64,000 bases of DNA from Escherichia coli (GCF_048403405.1 NZ_CP183129.1); one strand, 5' to 3'. Shown: positions 10,943 through 22,901, numbered from the stretch's first letter. The notes: generated from the sequence alone by a model not told the origin. Program-made: numbers and translations.

Positions 10943-12109
10943 TCAAACTGATGGACGCAAACGAACGCGTAACCAGCTGTATCCAATTACCGCCGAAGAG
11001 ATAGAACCGACCAGGATACCGAGTTTCGCCCAGTTAATCAGTTCTGGATCTACGCTACCAAAGGCCAGGCTGGCAATAAAGATAGACATAGTAAAACCGA
11101 TACCGCACAGGATCCCCACCGCCATAATTTGCTGATAAGTCGTTCCCTCAGGCAGATGCGCCAGTTTCAAACGCAGCGCCAACCAGCAGAACAGACTAAT
11201 CCCCAGCGGTTTGCCAATCAGCAAGCCAGCGATGATCCCCAATGGTAGAATGGAGGTCAAGCCATCCAGCGTGACGCCTTGCAGTGAAACGCCAGCATTA
11301 GCAAATGCAAACAGCGGTAAAATCAGATACGCCACCCACGGGTGCAACACATGCTCCAGTCGCTTCGCTGGAGAACGCCCATGCTTCTCTTTCAAAGGAA
11401 TAAAGAAGCCGACAATTACCCCCGCCAGGGTTGCGTGAACCCCCGATTTCAACACCGCAGTCCACAACACCACGCCAACCAGAATATAGACGCCCGTGCG
11501 GCGTACACCACACAGATTCAATACCGCGAGTACCGCAATTGCTACAGCCGCGACGCCAAGAGAGGCCATCGATAAGTCATTAGTGTAGAACAATGCGATG
11601 ATAATGATGGCCCCAAGATCGTCGATAATAGCCAGAGCCATCAAAAAGATCTTCAGCGCTAACGGAACACGACTTCCCAATAGCGCCAGCACACCAAGTG
11701 CAAAAGCAATGTCAGTAGCCGCCGGGATCGCCCACCCTTCGCGGGTAATCGGATCGGCATGGTTAAAGGCCAGATAGAGTAATGCAGGCACAATCATCCC
11801 ACCAATAGCGGCGATAACTGGAAATGCAGCCTGGCGTAAGCTGGCTAGCGATCCTTGCATCAGTTCACGTTTAACTTCCAGACCGACTAACAGGAAAAAT
11901 ACCGCCATCAGCGCGTCATTTATCCATAACAGCATGTTTTTGTTGATTTCGAGTGAACCAACCCGGAGCTGAACCGGCGTCTCCAGAAAGTCGTGATACC
12001 ATCCACTGGTTGCGCCGCTGTTGGCCATAATCATCGCCAGGATAGCGGCAATGATAAGAATAATGCCTCCCGAGGCATCACTGCTAAAGAATCGATGCAG
12101 ATGTTTCAC
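10943..12109 (-). CDS. nhaA: Na+/H+ antiporter NhaA
   Basis: 388-aa polytopic membrane protein [31 protein letters not shown]... Confidence 0.95.
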   Translation of the reverse strand: MKHLHRFFSSDASGGIILIIAAILAMIMANSGATSGWYHDFLETPVQLRVGSLEINKNMLLWINDALMAVFFLLVGLEVKRELMQGSLASLRQAAFPVIAAIGGMIVPALLYLAFNHADPITREGWAIPAATDIAFALGVLALLGSRVPLALKIFLMALAIIDDLGAIIIIALFYTNDLSMASLGVAAVAIAVLAVLNLCGVRRTGVYILVGVVLWTAVLKSGVHATLAGVIVGFFIPLKEKHGRSPAKRLEHVLHPWVAYLILPLFAFANAGVSLQGVTLDGLTSILPLGIIAGLLIGKPLGISLFCWLALRLKLAHLPEGTTYQQIMAVGILCGIGFTMSIFIASLAFGSVDPELINWAKLGILVGSISSAVIGYSWLRVRLRPSV

Positions 12110-12589
12110 TTTTTATTTCTCTTTCAGGTGAATAGATCGTTTTTACTATCTTACCCCGCACGAATCATCGTTAAAATCAGATTATAGTGTAGGAATAATT
12201 CGTTTTTTACGAACCATTGAAGGATTTGTGCCATCAGCGATGAGATGAGTTTTTGACGGCTGTAAGCGCTGACGTGTGACCCTAAGCCCTGATAATCATA
12301 GCTTAAGGTCAGGATTTCTGAGGGATTAATTAGGAAAAGTAATAATTAATTTGTTGTCAGTCGGCGATGTTTGTTAGGCCAATATTTCAAAAATAATCCA
12401 GTTTGTCGTCAATAATTGCGATGAAGAGATAAATTAAAGTTAAATAATTAAATCATTAAAAAATTACGCCATAAAAATGCGAGGCGTCTTCAGGATTAGA
12501 ATCGATAAAACAGAATGGGTTAAAGAGAGCGATATAATAGCGGCGGGTGCTTGAGGCTGTCTGTCTCAGGCATTAGCTGAACGGCAGAT

Positions 12590-12650
12590 AGAGAAAAGCC
12601 CCGAGTGATATTTTACCATCAACCCGAGGCCCCCTATATGCTGAACACAT
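12590..12650 (-). ncRNA. sokC: predicted Sok-type antisense RNA overlapping mokC start
   Basis: Position inferred from hok/sok architecture (antisense to mok translation initiation region); not verified by structure. Confidence 0.3.
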
Positions 12651-12847
12651 GTAGAGTGCCTCTTACTGACCGTAAGGTCAAGGAGAAGAGAGCAATGAAG
12701 CAGCATAAGGCGATGATTGTCGCCCTGATCGTCATCTGTATCACCGCCGTAGTGGCGGCGCTGGTAACGAGAAAAGACCTCTGTGAGGTTCACATCCGAA
12801 CTGGCCAGACGGAGGTTGCTGTTTTCACGGCTTACGAATCCGAGTAA
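12638..12847 (+). CDS. mokC: hok-family regulatory overlapping reading frame
   Basis: 69-aa frame MLNTCRVPLTDRKVKEKRAMKQHK... fully overlapping hokC. Confidence 0.6.
   Translation: MLNTCRVPLTDRKVKEKRAMKQHKAMIVALIVICITAVVAALVTRKDLCEVHIRTGQTEVAVFTAYESE
12695..12847 (+). CDS. hokC: Hok/Gef family small membrane toxin
   Basis: 50-aa MKQHKAMIVALIVICITAVVAALVTRKDLCEVHIRTGQTEVAVFTAYESE, textbook Hok/Gef sequence. Confidence 0.85.
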   Translation: MKQHKAMIVALIVICITAVVAALVTRKDLCEVHIRTGQTEVAVFTAYESE

Positions 12848-12920
12848 GAGCAACGGCGGGGAGTGATCCCCGCCACTTTACAGGTGCTCGCATATCTTCA
12901 ACGCACCCTATTTTTAACCA

Positions 12921-12943
12921 AGCCTGCCCACGGGCAGGCTTTT
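12921..12943 (-). terminator. hairpin just downstream of dnaJ stop (likely dnaKJ terminator; convergent with hokC)
   Basis: agcctgccc-acg-ggcaggct stem with flanking T-rich runs; a second hairpin ggcgggga-gtga-tccccgcc lies at ~12855-12874 directly after hokC. Confidence 0.45.
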
Positions 12944-12950
12944 GGGGAGG

Positions 12951-14081
12951 TTAGCGAGTCAGGTCGTCGAAAAACTTCTTCACACCATCAAAGAAGCTCT
13001 TTGAACGCGGGCTGTTGTGCTCGCCGGTTGGGCCACCGAAGCTTTCCTGCAGCTCTTGCAGCAGCTGTTTCTGCTTCTCGTTCAGACCTACCGGTGTTTC
13101 GACGACAACGCGGCACAGCAAATCACCCTGTGCGCCACCGCGGACAGACTTGACGCCTTTACCGCGCATACGGAACAGCTTACCGGTCTGGGTTTCGCCA
13201 GGCACTTTCAGTTTGACGCGACCATCAAGGGTCGGTACTTCGATTTCGCCACCCAGCGCCGCCATAGCGAAGTTGATCGGGACTTCGCAATACAGGTTGT
13301 TACCTTCACGCTCGAAAATCGGGTGCTGTTTAACCTGAACCTGAACGTACAGATCGCCTGCCGGTGCGCCATGCTCGCCCGCTTCACCTTCGCCCGCAAG
13401 ACGGATGCGGTCTCCAGTGTCCACCCCTGCCGGGATTTTAACGGACAGCGTTTTGCTGCGCTCAACACGACCATGACCATGACATTTGTTGCACGGATCT
13501 TTGATCAGCGTACCCCGGCCCTGACAGTGTGGACAGGTCTGCTGCACGGCAAAGAAACCCTGGCGCATCTGCACCTGACCAGAACCATGACAGGTCGGAC
13601 AGGTCTGCGGCTGTGTACCTGGTTTTGCACCGCTACCGTGGCAAACGTCACACTCTTCCAGAGTCGGAATGCGGATCTCTTTGGTCACGCCACGTACAGC
13701 TTCTTCGAGGGTGAGCTCCATGTTATAGCGTAAATCAGCACCGCGCGCCGCACGTTGACGACCACGTCCGCCGCCAAAAATATCGCCGAAAACGTCACCA
13801 AAAATATCGCTGAAGTCTGCGCCGCCGCCGAAACCGCCGCCGCCCATGCCACCTTGCTCAAACGCAGCATGACCATACTGATCGTATGCCGCACGTTTTT
13901 GCGAGTCGGTCAGAACTTCATAAGCTTCCTTGATCTCTTTAAATTTCGCCTCGGCCTCTTTATCACCCTGGTTACGGTCCGGGTGGTATTTCATGGCCAG
14001 GCGTTTGTAGGCCTTTTTGATTTCACGCTCTTCCGCTGTTTTGGAAACGCCTAAAATCTCGTAATAATCTTGCTTAGCCAT
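12951..14081 (-). CDS. dnaJ: Hsp40 co-chaperone DnaJ
   Basis: Track ORF 12951..14111; DnaJ N-terminus [12 protein letters not shown] starts 10 codons in; J-domain, G/F region, CxxCxGxG zinc fingers present. Confidence 0.95.
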
Positions 14082-14169
14082 CTTTTTTAAATTGCCCCTA
14101 GATGAATGCACGGGCGGAGAGGAAATTCCCCTTCGCCCGTGTCAGTATAATTACCCGTTTATAGGGCGA

Positions 14170-16086
14170 TTATTTTTTGTCTTTGACTTCTTCAAATTCA
14201 GCGTCGACAACATCGTCATCTTTCGCGTTGTTTGCAGAAGCATCAGCACCGGCAGTCTGCTGCTGGGCATGTTGCTGCTGGGCGATTTCCATCAGTTTCT
14301 GGGAAACCTGTGCCAGTTCCTGCATTTTCGCTTCGATAGCGGCTTTGTCTTCACCTTTCAGAGCAGTTTCCAGTGCAGTCAGTGCAGACTCGATAGCAGT
14401 TTTGTCGTCAGCCGGCAGTTTGTCGCCTGCTTCTTCAACCTGCTTACGGGTGCTGTGCAGCAGATGGTCACCCTGGTTGCGAGTCTGTACCAGCTCTTCA
14501 AACTTACGGTCAGCTTCGGCGTTAGCTTCTGCGTCGCGTACCATTTTCTGGATTTCATCTTCGTTCAGACCAGAAGAAGCCTTGATGGTGATCTTCTGCT
14601 CTTTACCGCTGTTTTTATCTTTCGCGGAAACGTGCAGGATACCGTCAGCATCGATATCGAAGGTAACTTCGATCTGCGGCATACCGCGCGGTGCCGGGTT
14701 GATACCATCCAGGTTGAACTGACCCAGAGATTTGTTATCAGCCGCACGTTTACGTTCACCCTGCAGCACATGGATGGTTACCGCAGACTGGTTGTCTTCA
14801 GCGGTAGAGAACACCTGGCTGTGCTTGGTCGGGATAGTGGTGTTTTTCGCGATCAGCGTCGTCATCACACCGCCCATGGTTTCGATACCCAGTGACAGCG
14901 GGGTAACGTCCAGCAGCAGTACGTCTTTTACGTCACCAGTCAGAACACCACCCTGAACAGCAGCACCGATTGCTACAGCTTCGTCCGGGTTAACGTCTTT
15001 ACGCGGCTCTTTACCAAAGAACTCAGCAACTTTCTTCTGAACCATTGGCATACGAGTCTGACCACCAACGAGGATAACGTCGTCGATATCAGATACGGAC
15101 AGGCCAGCGTCCTGCAGTGCAACTTTCAGCGGCTCAATGGAACGGTTTACCAGATCTTCAACCAGGCTTTCCAGTTTCGCACGAGTCACTTTGATGTTCA
15201 TGTGTTTCGGACCGGTCGCGTCTGCAGTGATGTACGGCAGGTTAACGTCGGTCTGCTGAGCGGAAGACAGCTCGATTTTCGCTTTTTCTGCCGCTTCTTT
15301 CAGGCGCTGCATTGCCAGCGGATCGTTGCGCAGGTCAATGCCCTGATCTTTCTTGAATTCTTCAACCAGGTAGTTGATCAGACGGCTGTCGAAGTCTTCA
15401 CCACCCAGGTGGGTATCACCGTTGGTTGCCAGAACTTCGAAGGTTTTTTCGCCGTCAACTTCGTCGATTTCGATAATAGAAATATCGAAAGTACCACCAC
15501 CCAGGTCATAAACCGCGATAGTACGGTTGCCAGTACCTTTGTCCAGACCGTAAGCCAGCGCAGCTGCGGTCGGTTCGTTGATGATACGTTTTACTTCCAG
15601 ACCAGCGATACGGCCTGCGTCTTTGGTTGCCTGACGCTGAGCATCGTTAAAGTATGCCGGTACGGTGATAACAGCTTCAGTTACCGGTTCACCCAGGTAA
15701 TCTTCAGCGGTTTTCTTCATTTTTTTCAGCACTTCAGCAGAAATCTGCGGCGGTGCCATTTTCTGGCCTTTAACTTCGACCCATGCGTCGCCGTTATCAG
15801 CAGCAATAATTTTGAACGGCATGATGGAAACATCACGCTGTACTTCTTCGTCCTGGAAGCGGCGGCCAATCAGGCGTTTAATCGCAAACAGGGTGTTTTG
15901 CGGGTTCGTCACTGCCTGACGTTTAGCCGGCTGACCAACCAGAGTTTCACCATCCTGGGTATAGGCAATGATAGAAGGCGTGGTGCGATCGCCTTCGGCG
16001 TTCTCCAGTACACGAGGAGTGGTGCCATCCATAATCGCTACACAAGAGTTGGTAGTACCCAGGTCGATACCAATTATTTTACCCAT
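14170..16086 (-). CDS. dnaK: Hsp70 chaperone DnaK
   Basis: 638 aa [21 protein letters not shown]... Confidence 0.97.
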
Positions 16087-16207
16087 CTAAACGTCTCCAC
16101 TATATATTCGGTCATCATGTGGTTGTGAGTCTGTAATAGGGGCGAAACGTCTGGTTTCAACTGCCCAATTTCATTTTTTTGCAGACTCACTCACTGCGGT
16201 TGACTAC

Positions 16208-16240
16208 TAAATGGGGTCGTAACCCACGTCATCAAGGGGG
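16208..16240 (-). promoter_or_regulatory. sigma-32 heat-shock promoter of dnaK (P1-like)
   Basis: Minus strand reads CCCCCTTGATGA-N13-CCCCATTTA ~125 bp upstream of dnaK start, matching the sigma-32 consensus. Confidence 0.6.
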
Positions 16241-16461
16241 AGATGCAAAAATTTTTTGTGCTTTTGCGCAGAAATTTCGCGATATGCCAGAACAAGACAC
16301 GAAACTGACAGCAATTTTATTCATATAGAGAATGAATGACAGCCAAGACATTCATAGAAAAATTGTAATAAAAAGAAAATATTACGTACCTGAATCTTCT
16401 CTTTATCAGCAGTAAACTAGTGGGTATTCATCCCCTACCTCTCCCCACTAAGAGAATCCTT

Positions 16462-16866
16462 ATGAAATCCGTTTTTACGCTTTCCGCCAGCCTGGCGATT
16501 AGCCTGCTGCTGTGCTGCACAGCGCAGGCAAACAACCATAAAATCCTCGGCGTCATTGCGATGCCGCGTAACGAAACCAACGATCTGGCGCTGAAACTTC
16601 CTGTTTGTCGCATTGTTAAACGCATTCAACTCACTGCCGACCATGGCGATTTACAGTTAAGTGGTGCATCGGTTTATTTAAAAGCCGCCCGTAGTGCCAG
16701 TCAGAGCCTGAATATTCCTTCAGAAATAAAAGAAGGGCAAACCACTGACTGGATCAACATTAACAGCGATAACGACAATAAACGCTGCGTCTCAAAAATC
16801 ACCTTTTCCGGCCATACGGTGAACTCATCGGATATGGCCACGCTGAAAATTATCGGCGACGACTAA
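16462..16866 (+). CDS. yaaI: DUF2541 periplasmic protein YaaI
   Basis: Track ORF 16420..16866; signal-peptide start [23 protein letters not shown] 14 codons in; conserved position after dnaK. Confidence 0.8.
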   Translation: MKSVFTLSASLAISLLLCCTAQANNHKILGVIAMPRNETNDLALKLPVCRIVKRIQLTADHGDLQLSGASVYLKAARSASQSLNIPSEIKEGQTTDWININSDNDNKRCVSKITFSGHTVNSSDMATLKIIGDD

Positions 16867-16891
16867 CGCCAGAATATAGAAGCCACAAAAA

Positions 16892-17605
16892 ATGAATGTT
16901 AATTACCTGAATGATTCAGATCTGGATTTTCTCCAGCATTGTAGTGAGGAACAATTGGCAAATTTCGCCCGGCTGCTCACTCATAATGAAAAAGGCAAAA
17001 CTCGCCTCTCCAGCGTACTGATGCGCAACGAACTGTTTAAATCGATGGAAGGACATCCCGAGCAACACCGCCGCAACTGGCAGCTGATTGCCGGAGAATT
17101 ACAACATTTTGGTGGCGATAGTATCGCCAACAAATTGCGCGGACACGGTAAATTGTATCGGGCCATTTTGCTCGATGTTTCAAAAAGATTGAAGCTGAAA
17201 GCCGACAAAGAGATGTCTACGTTTGAAATTGAGCAACAGTTACTGGAGCAATTTCTGCGTAATACCTGGAAGAAAATGGACGAGGAACATAAGCAGGAGT
17301 TTCTGCACGCGGTCGATGCCAGGGTGAATGAGCTGGAAGAGCTGCTGCCGCTGCTGATGAAAGACAAATTATTGGCAAAAGGCGTGTCGCATTTGCTTTC
17401 CAGCCAATTGACCCGCATTTTACGCACCCACGCAGCAATGAGCGTACTTGGGCATGGTTTGCTGCGCGGCGCGGGGCTGGGAGGCCCTGTAGGCGCGGCA
17501 CTAAATGGGGTTAAAGCGGTCAGCGGCAGCGCCTATCGCGTGACGATTCCAGCCGTACTGCAAATCGCCTGCCTGCGCCGGATGGTTAGTGCCACTCAGG
17601 TCTGA
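16892..17605 (+). CDS. yaaW: UPF0174 protein YaaW
   Basis: 237-aa ORF in conserved yaaI-yaaW-satP arrangement. Confidence 0.8.
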   Translation: MNVNYLNDSDLDFLQHCSEEQLANFARLLTHNEKGKTRLSSVLMRNELFKSMEGHPEQHRRNWQLIAGELQHFGGDSIANKLRGHGKLYRAILLDVSKRLKLKADKEMSTFEIEQQLLEQFLRNTWKKMDEEHKQEFLHAVDARVNELEELLPLLMKDKLLAKGVSHLLSSQLTRILRTHAAMSVLGHGLLRGAGLGGPVGAALNGVKAVSGSAYRVTIPAVLQIACLRRMVSATQV

Positions 17606-17753
17606 TACCGGAAACCGGGGAAAATTTTCATTTTCCCCTCAAAAGATCGTAGACACTGCCCCACTGGCTGATTATTATGCCGCGCCCTGAAAACACTACA
17701 GTTATTCAGGGAAATTATTTCACCATTCATTCGATGATGATTTTTGAGGAATT

Positions 17754-18320
17754 ATGGGCAACACTAAGTTGGCTAATCCGGCACCGCTGGGCCTGATGGG
17801 CTTCGGCATGACCACCATTCTGCTTAACCTGCACAACGTGGGTTATTTCGCTCTGGACGGTATTATTCTTGCCATGGGCATTTTCTACGGCGGCATCGCG
17901 CAAATTTTTGCTGGTCTGCTGGAGTACAAAAAAGGCAACACTTTCGGTTTAACCGCATTCACCTCTTACGGTTCTTTCTGGCTGACGCTGGTTGCGATTC
18001 TGCTGATGCCGAAACTGGGTCTGACCGATGCGCCAAATGCACAGTTCCTTGGTGTCTACCTGGGTCTGTGGGGCGTATTTACGCTGTTTATGTTCTTCGG
18101 CACGCTGAAAGGCGCACGCGTTCTGCAATTCGTTTTCTTTAGCCTGACCGTGCTGTTTGCCCTGCTGGCGATCGGTAACATTGTCGGTAATGCCGCGATC
18201 ATCCACTTTGCCGGCTGGATTGGTCTGATCTGCGGTGCCAGCGCAATCTATCTGGCGATGGGTGAAGTGCTGAACGAGCAGTTTGGTCGCACCGTTCTGC
18301 CGATTGGTGAATCGCACTAA
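17754..18320 (+). CDS. satP: succinate-acetate/proton symporter
   Basis: 188-aa membrane protein with NPAPLGL motif of the GPR1/FUN34/YaaH family. Confidence 0.9.
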   Translation: MGNTKLANPAPLGLMGFGMTTILLNLHNVGYFALDGIILAMGIFYGGIAQIFAGLLEYKKGNTFGLTAFTSYGSFWLTLVAILLMPKLGLTDAPNAQFLGVYLGLWGVFTLFMFFGTLKGARVLQFVFFSLTVLFALLAIGNIVGNAAIIHFAGWIGLICGASAIYLAMGEVLNEQFGRTVLPIGESH

Positions 18321-18354
18321 TTGTTTTGAGATCCCCCCGCTCGGGGGGATTTTT

Positions 18355-18942
18355 TTATTCGCTAACTTCGCGTCTTGCACTCTTCGGTCTGAATGCAGCA
18401 ACCACTTCCGGTGCCGTTTCAACGTATGGCCCTTCCAGCAACTGAATGCAGTACGGTACGCTGGCAAAAATACCGTGCACCACAACGTTACCCTCAGCGT
18501 CCTTTACACCTTCCAGCGTCTCTTTAATCGACTTCGGCTGACCGGGTAAGTTAAGGATCAGCGCCTGTTTGCGAATCACACCCACCTGACGCGAAAGGAT
18601 CGCAGTTGGTACAAAATGCAGGCTGATCTGGCGCATCTGTTCACCAAAGCCTGGCATCTCGCGGTCCGCTACTGCCAGCGTCGCATCGGGCGTTACGTCA
18701 CGACGCGCCGGGCCAGTTCCGCCCGTGGTGAGCACCAGATGGCAACTCATTTCATCCACCAGCTCACACAACGTTTGCTCGATGATCGCCTGCTCGTCGG
18801 GGATTAAGCGGGTTTCCAGTTCAAACGGCGTGGTTAGCGCCGATGTCAGCCATTCTTCCAACGCAGGGATGCCTTTATCCTGATAAACGCCGCTGGATGC
18901 GCGATCAGAGATGGAAACTAAGCCAATACGTAAAGTATTCAT
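18355..18942 (-). CDS. mog: molybdopterin adenylyltransferase
   Basis: Translation MNTLRIGLVSISDRASSGVY... is MogA. Confidence 0.9.
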   Translation of the reverse strand: MNTLRIGLVSISDRASSGVYQDKGIPALEEWLTSALTTPFELETRLIPDEQAIIEQTLCELVDEMSCHLVLTTGGTGPARRDVTPDATLAVADREMPGFGEQMRQISLHFVPTAILSRQVGVIRKQALILNLPGQPKSIKETLEGVKDAEGNVVVHGIFASVPYCIQLLEGPYVETAPEVVAAFRPKSARREVSE

Positions 18943-19056
18943 CAAGATTTTTCCGTTTAAACAGTCTCGTTAAACAGAATGATACACTGCGAAGGGAGTG
19001 ACAGACAGGCTTCAGAAGAGGTAGCGTGACCGACTTCCCGGTCACGCTAAGAATGA

Positions 19057-20010
19057 TTACAGCAGATCGCCGATCATTTTTTCCAGTTTTTCCTGGTCAA
19101 CAGCAAACTTACGGATACCTTCCGCCAGTTTATCTACTGCCATTGGATCCTGGTTATGCTGCCACAGGAACTCGGACTCAGTGATACGCGCCGGACGCGC
19201 TTTCACTTCGCCGGTGTAAGACAGTTTACGTTCGATAGCCCCTTCGCTCTCAGCCAGCTCTTTCAGCAGCGCCGGTGCGATGGTCAGACGGTCGCAGCCT
19301 GCCAGTTCCAGAATTTCGCCGATGTTACGGAAGCTTGCGCCCATCACCACGGTTTCATAACCGTGCTCTTTGTAGTACTGGTAGATTTCAGATACAGAAA
19401 CCACGCCCGGATCTTCTGCCGGAGCGTACTCTTTCTTGTCGGTATTCGCTTTGTACCAGTCAAGAATACGGCCAACAAACGGCGAGATCAGGAACACGCC
19501 CGCTTCCGCACAAGCACGAGCCTGAGCGAAGGAGAACAGCAGGGTCAGGTTACAGTTAATACCTTCTTTTTCCAGCTGTTCTGCAGCACGGATACCCTGC
19601 CAGGTAGAAGCCAGTTTGATCAGAATACGATCGTTGCTAATACCTGCATCGTTGTAGAGTTTGATCAGGCGTTTTGCTTTCGCAATTGACGCTTCGGTGT
19701 CATAGGAAAGACGCGCATCAACTTCAGTTGAGATACGGCCCGGAACCAGTTTCAGGATTTCCAGACCAATATTTACTGCCAGTTTGTCGGTCGCGTCCAC
19801 GATCTGCTGCGCGCGATCGTTGCTCTGCTGTTTCGCCCAGGCGACAGCATCATCAATCAACTTACGGTATTCCGGAATCTGCGCTGCGTTAAGAATGAGA
19901 GAAGGGTTGGTTGTGGCATCCTGCGGTTGATACAGCTTCATTGCCGCGATGTCCCCAGTGTCGGCCACTACGGTGGTGTACTGACGAAGGGAGGTCAATT
20001 TGTCCGTCAT
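19057..20010 (-). CDS. talB: transaldolase B
   Basis: Track ORF 19057..20073; TalB N-terminus [20 protein letters not shown] starts 21 codons in (317 aa). Confidence 0.95.
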
Positions 20011-20288
20011 GATAGTATTTCTCTTTAAACAGCTTGTTAGGGGGATGTAACCGGTCTGCCCTGATGATATCACGACGCAACGTCAGCGCAACCGCCGACA
20101 AGACGGTTATCGCCAGGCGAGACTGTTTCAGATTTCTGACACTGCGTTGATATCGCCCGCCATTTTTATACAAAACCTCATGTATGCTACGCAGAAGTTA
20201 TCAAGTACCTCGTAGCGTATATACTTCTTAAACAATTGGTAACGTTTACACAGGAAAGTCATCGCGACCGGCAATAAGAGGGATATGC

Positions 20289-21719
20289 ATGCCAGATTTT
20301 TTCTCCTTTATTAACAGCGTCCTTTGGGGATCGGTAATGATTTACCTGCTCTTCGGCGCAGGTTGTTGGTTCACTTTTCGCACCGGATTTGTGCAGTTTC
20401 GCTACATCCGCCAGTTTGGCAAAAGTCTTAAAAATAGCATTCATCCACAGCCAGGCGGTTTAACCTCATTTCAATCATTGTGTACCAGTCTTGCGGCGCG
20501 CGTGGGTAGCGGCAACCTGGCTGGCGTTGCGCTGGCTATTACCGCCGGTGGACCAGGTGCCGTCTTCTGGATGTGGGTTGCCGCGTTTATCGGCATGGCG
20601 ACCTCGTTTGCCGAATGTTCCCTTGCACAACTTTATAAAGAACGTGACGTTAATGGGCAGTTTCGTGGCGGACCGGCATGGTATATGGCGCGCGGGCTGG
20701 GGATGCGCTGGATGGGCGTTCTGTTCGCCCTCTTTTTGCTCATCGCCTACGGCATAATTTTCAGCGGAGTTCAGGCGAACGCCGTTGCCCGAGCCCTGAG
20801 TTTTTCTTTTGATTTTCCCCCGCTGGTGACAGGCATTATTCTTGCTGTCTTTGCTCTGCTGGCAATCACTCGCGGTCTTCATGGCGTCGCCCGGCTCATG
20901 CAAGGGTTTGTCCCGTTGATGGCGATAATCTGGGTACTGACCAGCCTGGTAATTTGCGTAATGAATATCGGGCAACTTCCCCACGTCATTTGGTCTATTT
21001 TTGAGAGTGCTTTTGGCTGGCAGGAAGCGGCAGGCGGCGCGGCGGGATATACCTTAAGCCAGGCGATTACTAACGGTTTTCAGCGCAGTATGTTTTCCAA
21101 TGAGGCGGGAATGGGGTCGACGCCAAACGCGGCAGCGGCGGCTGCGTCCTGGCCTCCGCATCCCGCAGCGCAAGGAATTGTCCAGATGATTGGCATTTTT
21201 ATCGACACCCTGGTCATCTGTACGGCAAGCGCCATGCTGATATTACTGGCGGGTAACGGCACAACCTACATGCCGCTGGAAGGTATTCAGCTTATCCAGA
21301 AGGCGATGCGGGTGTTAATGGGTTCCTGGGGTGCGGAGTTTGTTACCCTCGTGGTTATTCTGTTTGCCTTCAGCTCCATCGTTGCCAACTACATTTATGC
21401 CGAAAACAATCTCTTCTTCTTACGCCTGAACAACCCTAAAGCGATCTGGTGTCTGCGAATCTGCACCTTCGCAACGGTCATCGGCGGCACCTTGCTAAGT
21501 CTTCCGCTGATGTGGCAACTGGCAGATATCATTATGGCCTGCATGGCTATTACCAATTTGACCGCCATATTACTGCTCTCGCCTGTGGTTCATACCATTG
21601 CCAGTGATTATCTACGCCAGCGTAAACTCGGCGTGCGCCCGGTGTTTGATCCGTTGCGTTATCCGGATATCGGTCGCCAGCTTTCTCCGGACGCGTGGGA
21701 TGATGTTTCGCAGGAGTAA
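20289..21719 (+). CDS. yaaJ: alanine/sodium symporter family transporter
   Basis: 476-aa polytopic membrane protein in conserved position between talB and yaaA. Confidence 0.9.
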   Translation: MPDFFSFINSVLWGSVMIYLLFGAGCWFTFRTGFVQFRYIRQFGKSLKNSIHPQPGGLTSFQSLCTSLAARVGSGNLAGVALAITAGGPGAVFWMWVAAFIGMATSFAECSLAQLYKERDVNGQFRGGPAWYMARGLGMRWMGVLFALFLLIAYGIIFSGVQANAVARALSFSFDFPPLVTGIILAVFALLAITRGLHGVARLMQGFVPLMAIIWVLTSLVICVMNIGQLPHVIWSIFESAFGWQEAAGGAAGYTLSQAITNGFQRSMFSNEAGMGSTPNAAAAAASWPPHPAAQGIVQMIGIFIDTLVICTASAMLILLAGNGTTYMPLEGIQLIQKAMRVLMGSWGAEFVTLVVILFAFSSIVANYIYAENNLFFLRLNNPKAIWCLRICTFATVIGGTLLSLPLMWQLADIIMACMAITNLTAILLLSPVVHTIASDYLRQRKLGVRPVFDPLRYPDIGRQLSPDAWDDVSQE

Positions 21720-21788
21720 TCACAACTATCGATCAACTCATTCTCTTTTTTTGCTAAAGTCGGCATAAATTTCCTGCAAGGACTGGAT

Positions 21789-22565
21789 ATGCTGATTCTT
21801 ATTTCACCTGCGAAAACGCTCGATTACCAAAGCCCGTTGCCCACCACGCGCTATACGCTGCCGGAGCTGTTAGACAATTCCCAGCAGTTGATCCATGAAG
21901 CGCGGAAACTGACGCCTCCGCAGATTAGCACGCTGATGCGCATCAGCGACAAACTGGCGGGTATCAACGCCGCTCGCTTTCATGACTGGCAGCCAGATTT
22001 CACGCCGGAGAATGCCCGCCAGGCGATTCTGGCGTTTAAAGGTGATGTCTACACCGGCTTGCAGGCCGAAACCTTCAGCGAAGACGATTTCGATTTTGCC
22101 CAACAGCATTTGCGAATGCTTTCCGGCTTGTATGGCGTACTGCGCCCGCTCGATTTAATGCAGCCTTATCGTCTGGAAATGGGGATCCGTCTTGAGAATG
22201 CCCGAGGGAAAGATCTGTATCAATTCTGGGGAGATATCATCACCAACAAGCTGAACGAGGCGCTCGCAGCACAAGGCGATAATGTGGTGATTAATCTGGC
22301 GTCAGATGAGTATTTTAAATCGGTGAAGCCGAAGAAATTGAATGCCGAGATTATCAAGCCGGTGTTCCTCGATGAGAAGAACGGCAAATTTAAGATCATC
22401 AGCTTCTACGCTAAGAAAGCACGCGGTCTGATGAGTCGTTTCATTATTGAAAATCGGCTGACCAAACCAGAGCAACTGACTGGTTTTAATAGCGAAGGTT
22501 ACTTCTTTGATGAAGCTTCCTCCAGCAATGGCGAACTGGTGTTTAAACGCTACGAGCAGCGTTAA
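21789..22565 (+). CDS. yaaA: peroxide stress protein YaaA (UPF0246)
   Basis: 258 aa [17 protein letters not shown]... Confidence 0.9.
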   Translation: MLILISPAKTLDYQSPLPTTRYTLPELLDNSQQLIHEARKLTPPQISTLMRISDKLAGINAARFHDWQPDFTPENARQAILAFKGDVYTGLQAETFSEDDFDFAQQHLRMLSGLYGVLRPLDLMQPYRLEMGIRLENARGKDLYQFWGDIITNKLNEALAAQGDNVVINLASDEYFKSVKPKKLNAEIIKPVFLDEKNGKFKIISFYAKKARGLMSRFIIENRLTKPEQLTGFNSEGYFFDEASSSNGELVFKRYEQR

Positions 22566-22575
22566 GTTTGTAGTC

Positions 22576-22599
22576 AATGCCGGATGGCAATCCGGCATT
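22576..22599. terminator. hairpin between convergent yaaA and yaaX
   Basis: aatgccgga-tggcaa-tccggcatt perfect 9-bp stem in the 39-bp gap between the two stop codons. Confidence 0.5.
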
Positions 22600-22604
22600 G
22601 ATAT

Positions 22605-22901
22605 TTAGCGATGATGTTTGTCAGGCCCCGGACGATGATCGCCACGATGATCATTGTGCTTGTTATGGCGCGGCGATGGCGGCGGTCCATATGGGTGCCA
22701 GCGATTGCCTCGCCATTCATAATGTTGTTTCCACCAGCCGTGGTCGCGCCAGTGACCGCCATCCCAGTAATAGCCACGATTATCACGATCGCCTATCTGT
22801 AATTTTACTGACGGGACTAGCGTAATTTCCGCAGCCTGCGCTGCCATGGGAGCGACCAGAACCAGGGAAAGTGCGAGTACGATAGATTGCATCTTTTTCA
22901 C
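22605..22901 (-). CDS. yaaX: DUF2502 secreted repetitive His/Arg/Trp-rich protein
   Basis: 98 aa with signal peptide [23 protein letters not shown]; conserved neighbour of the thr operon. Confidence 0.8.
   Translation of the reverse strand: MKKMQSIVLALSLVLVAPMAAQAAEITLVPSVKLQIGDRDNRGYYWDGGHWRDHGWWKQHYEWRGNRWHPYGPPPSPRHNKHNDHRGDHRPGPDKHHR

Noticed and set aside
13017-16128. Several long ORFs (238, 267, 181, 308 aa) on the plus strand
   Set aside because: All are antisense or shadow frames of dnaJ and dnaK, which are unambiguous on the minus strand; translations are Ser/Cys/Phe-rich nonsense.
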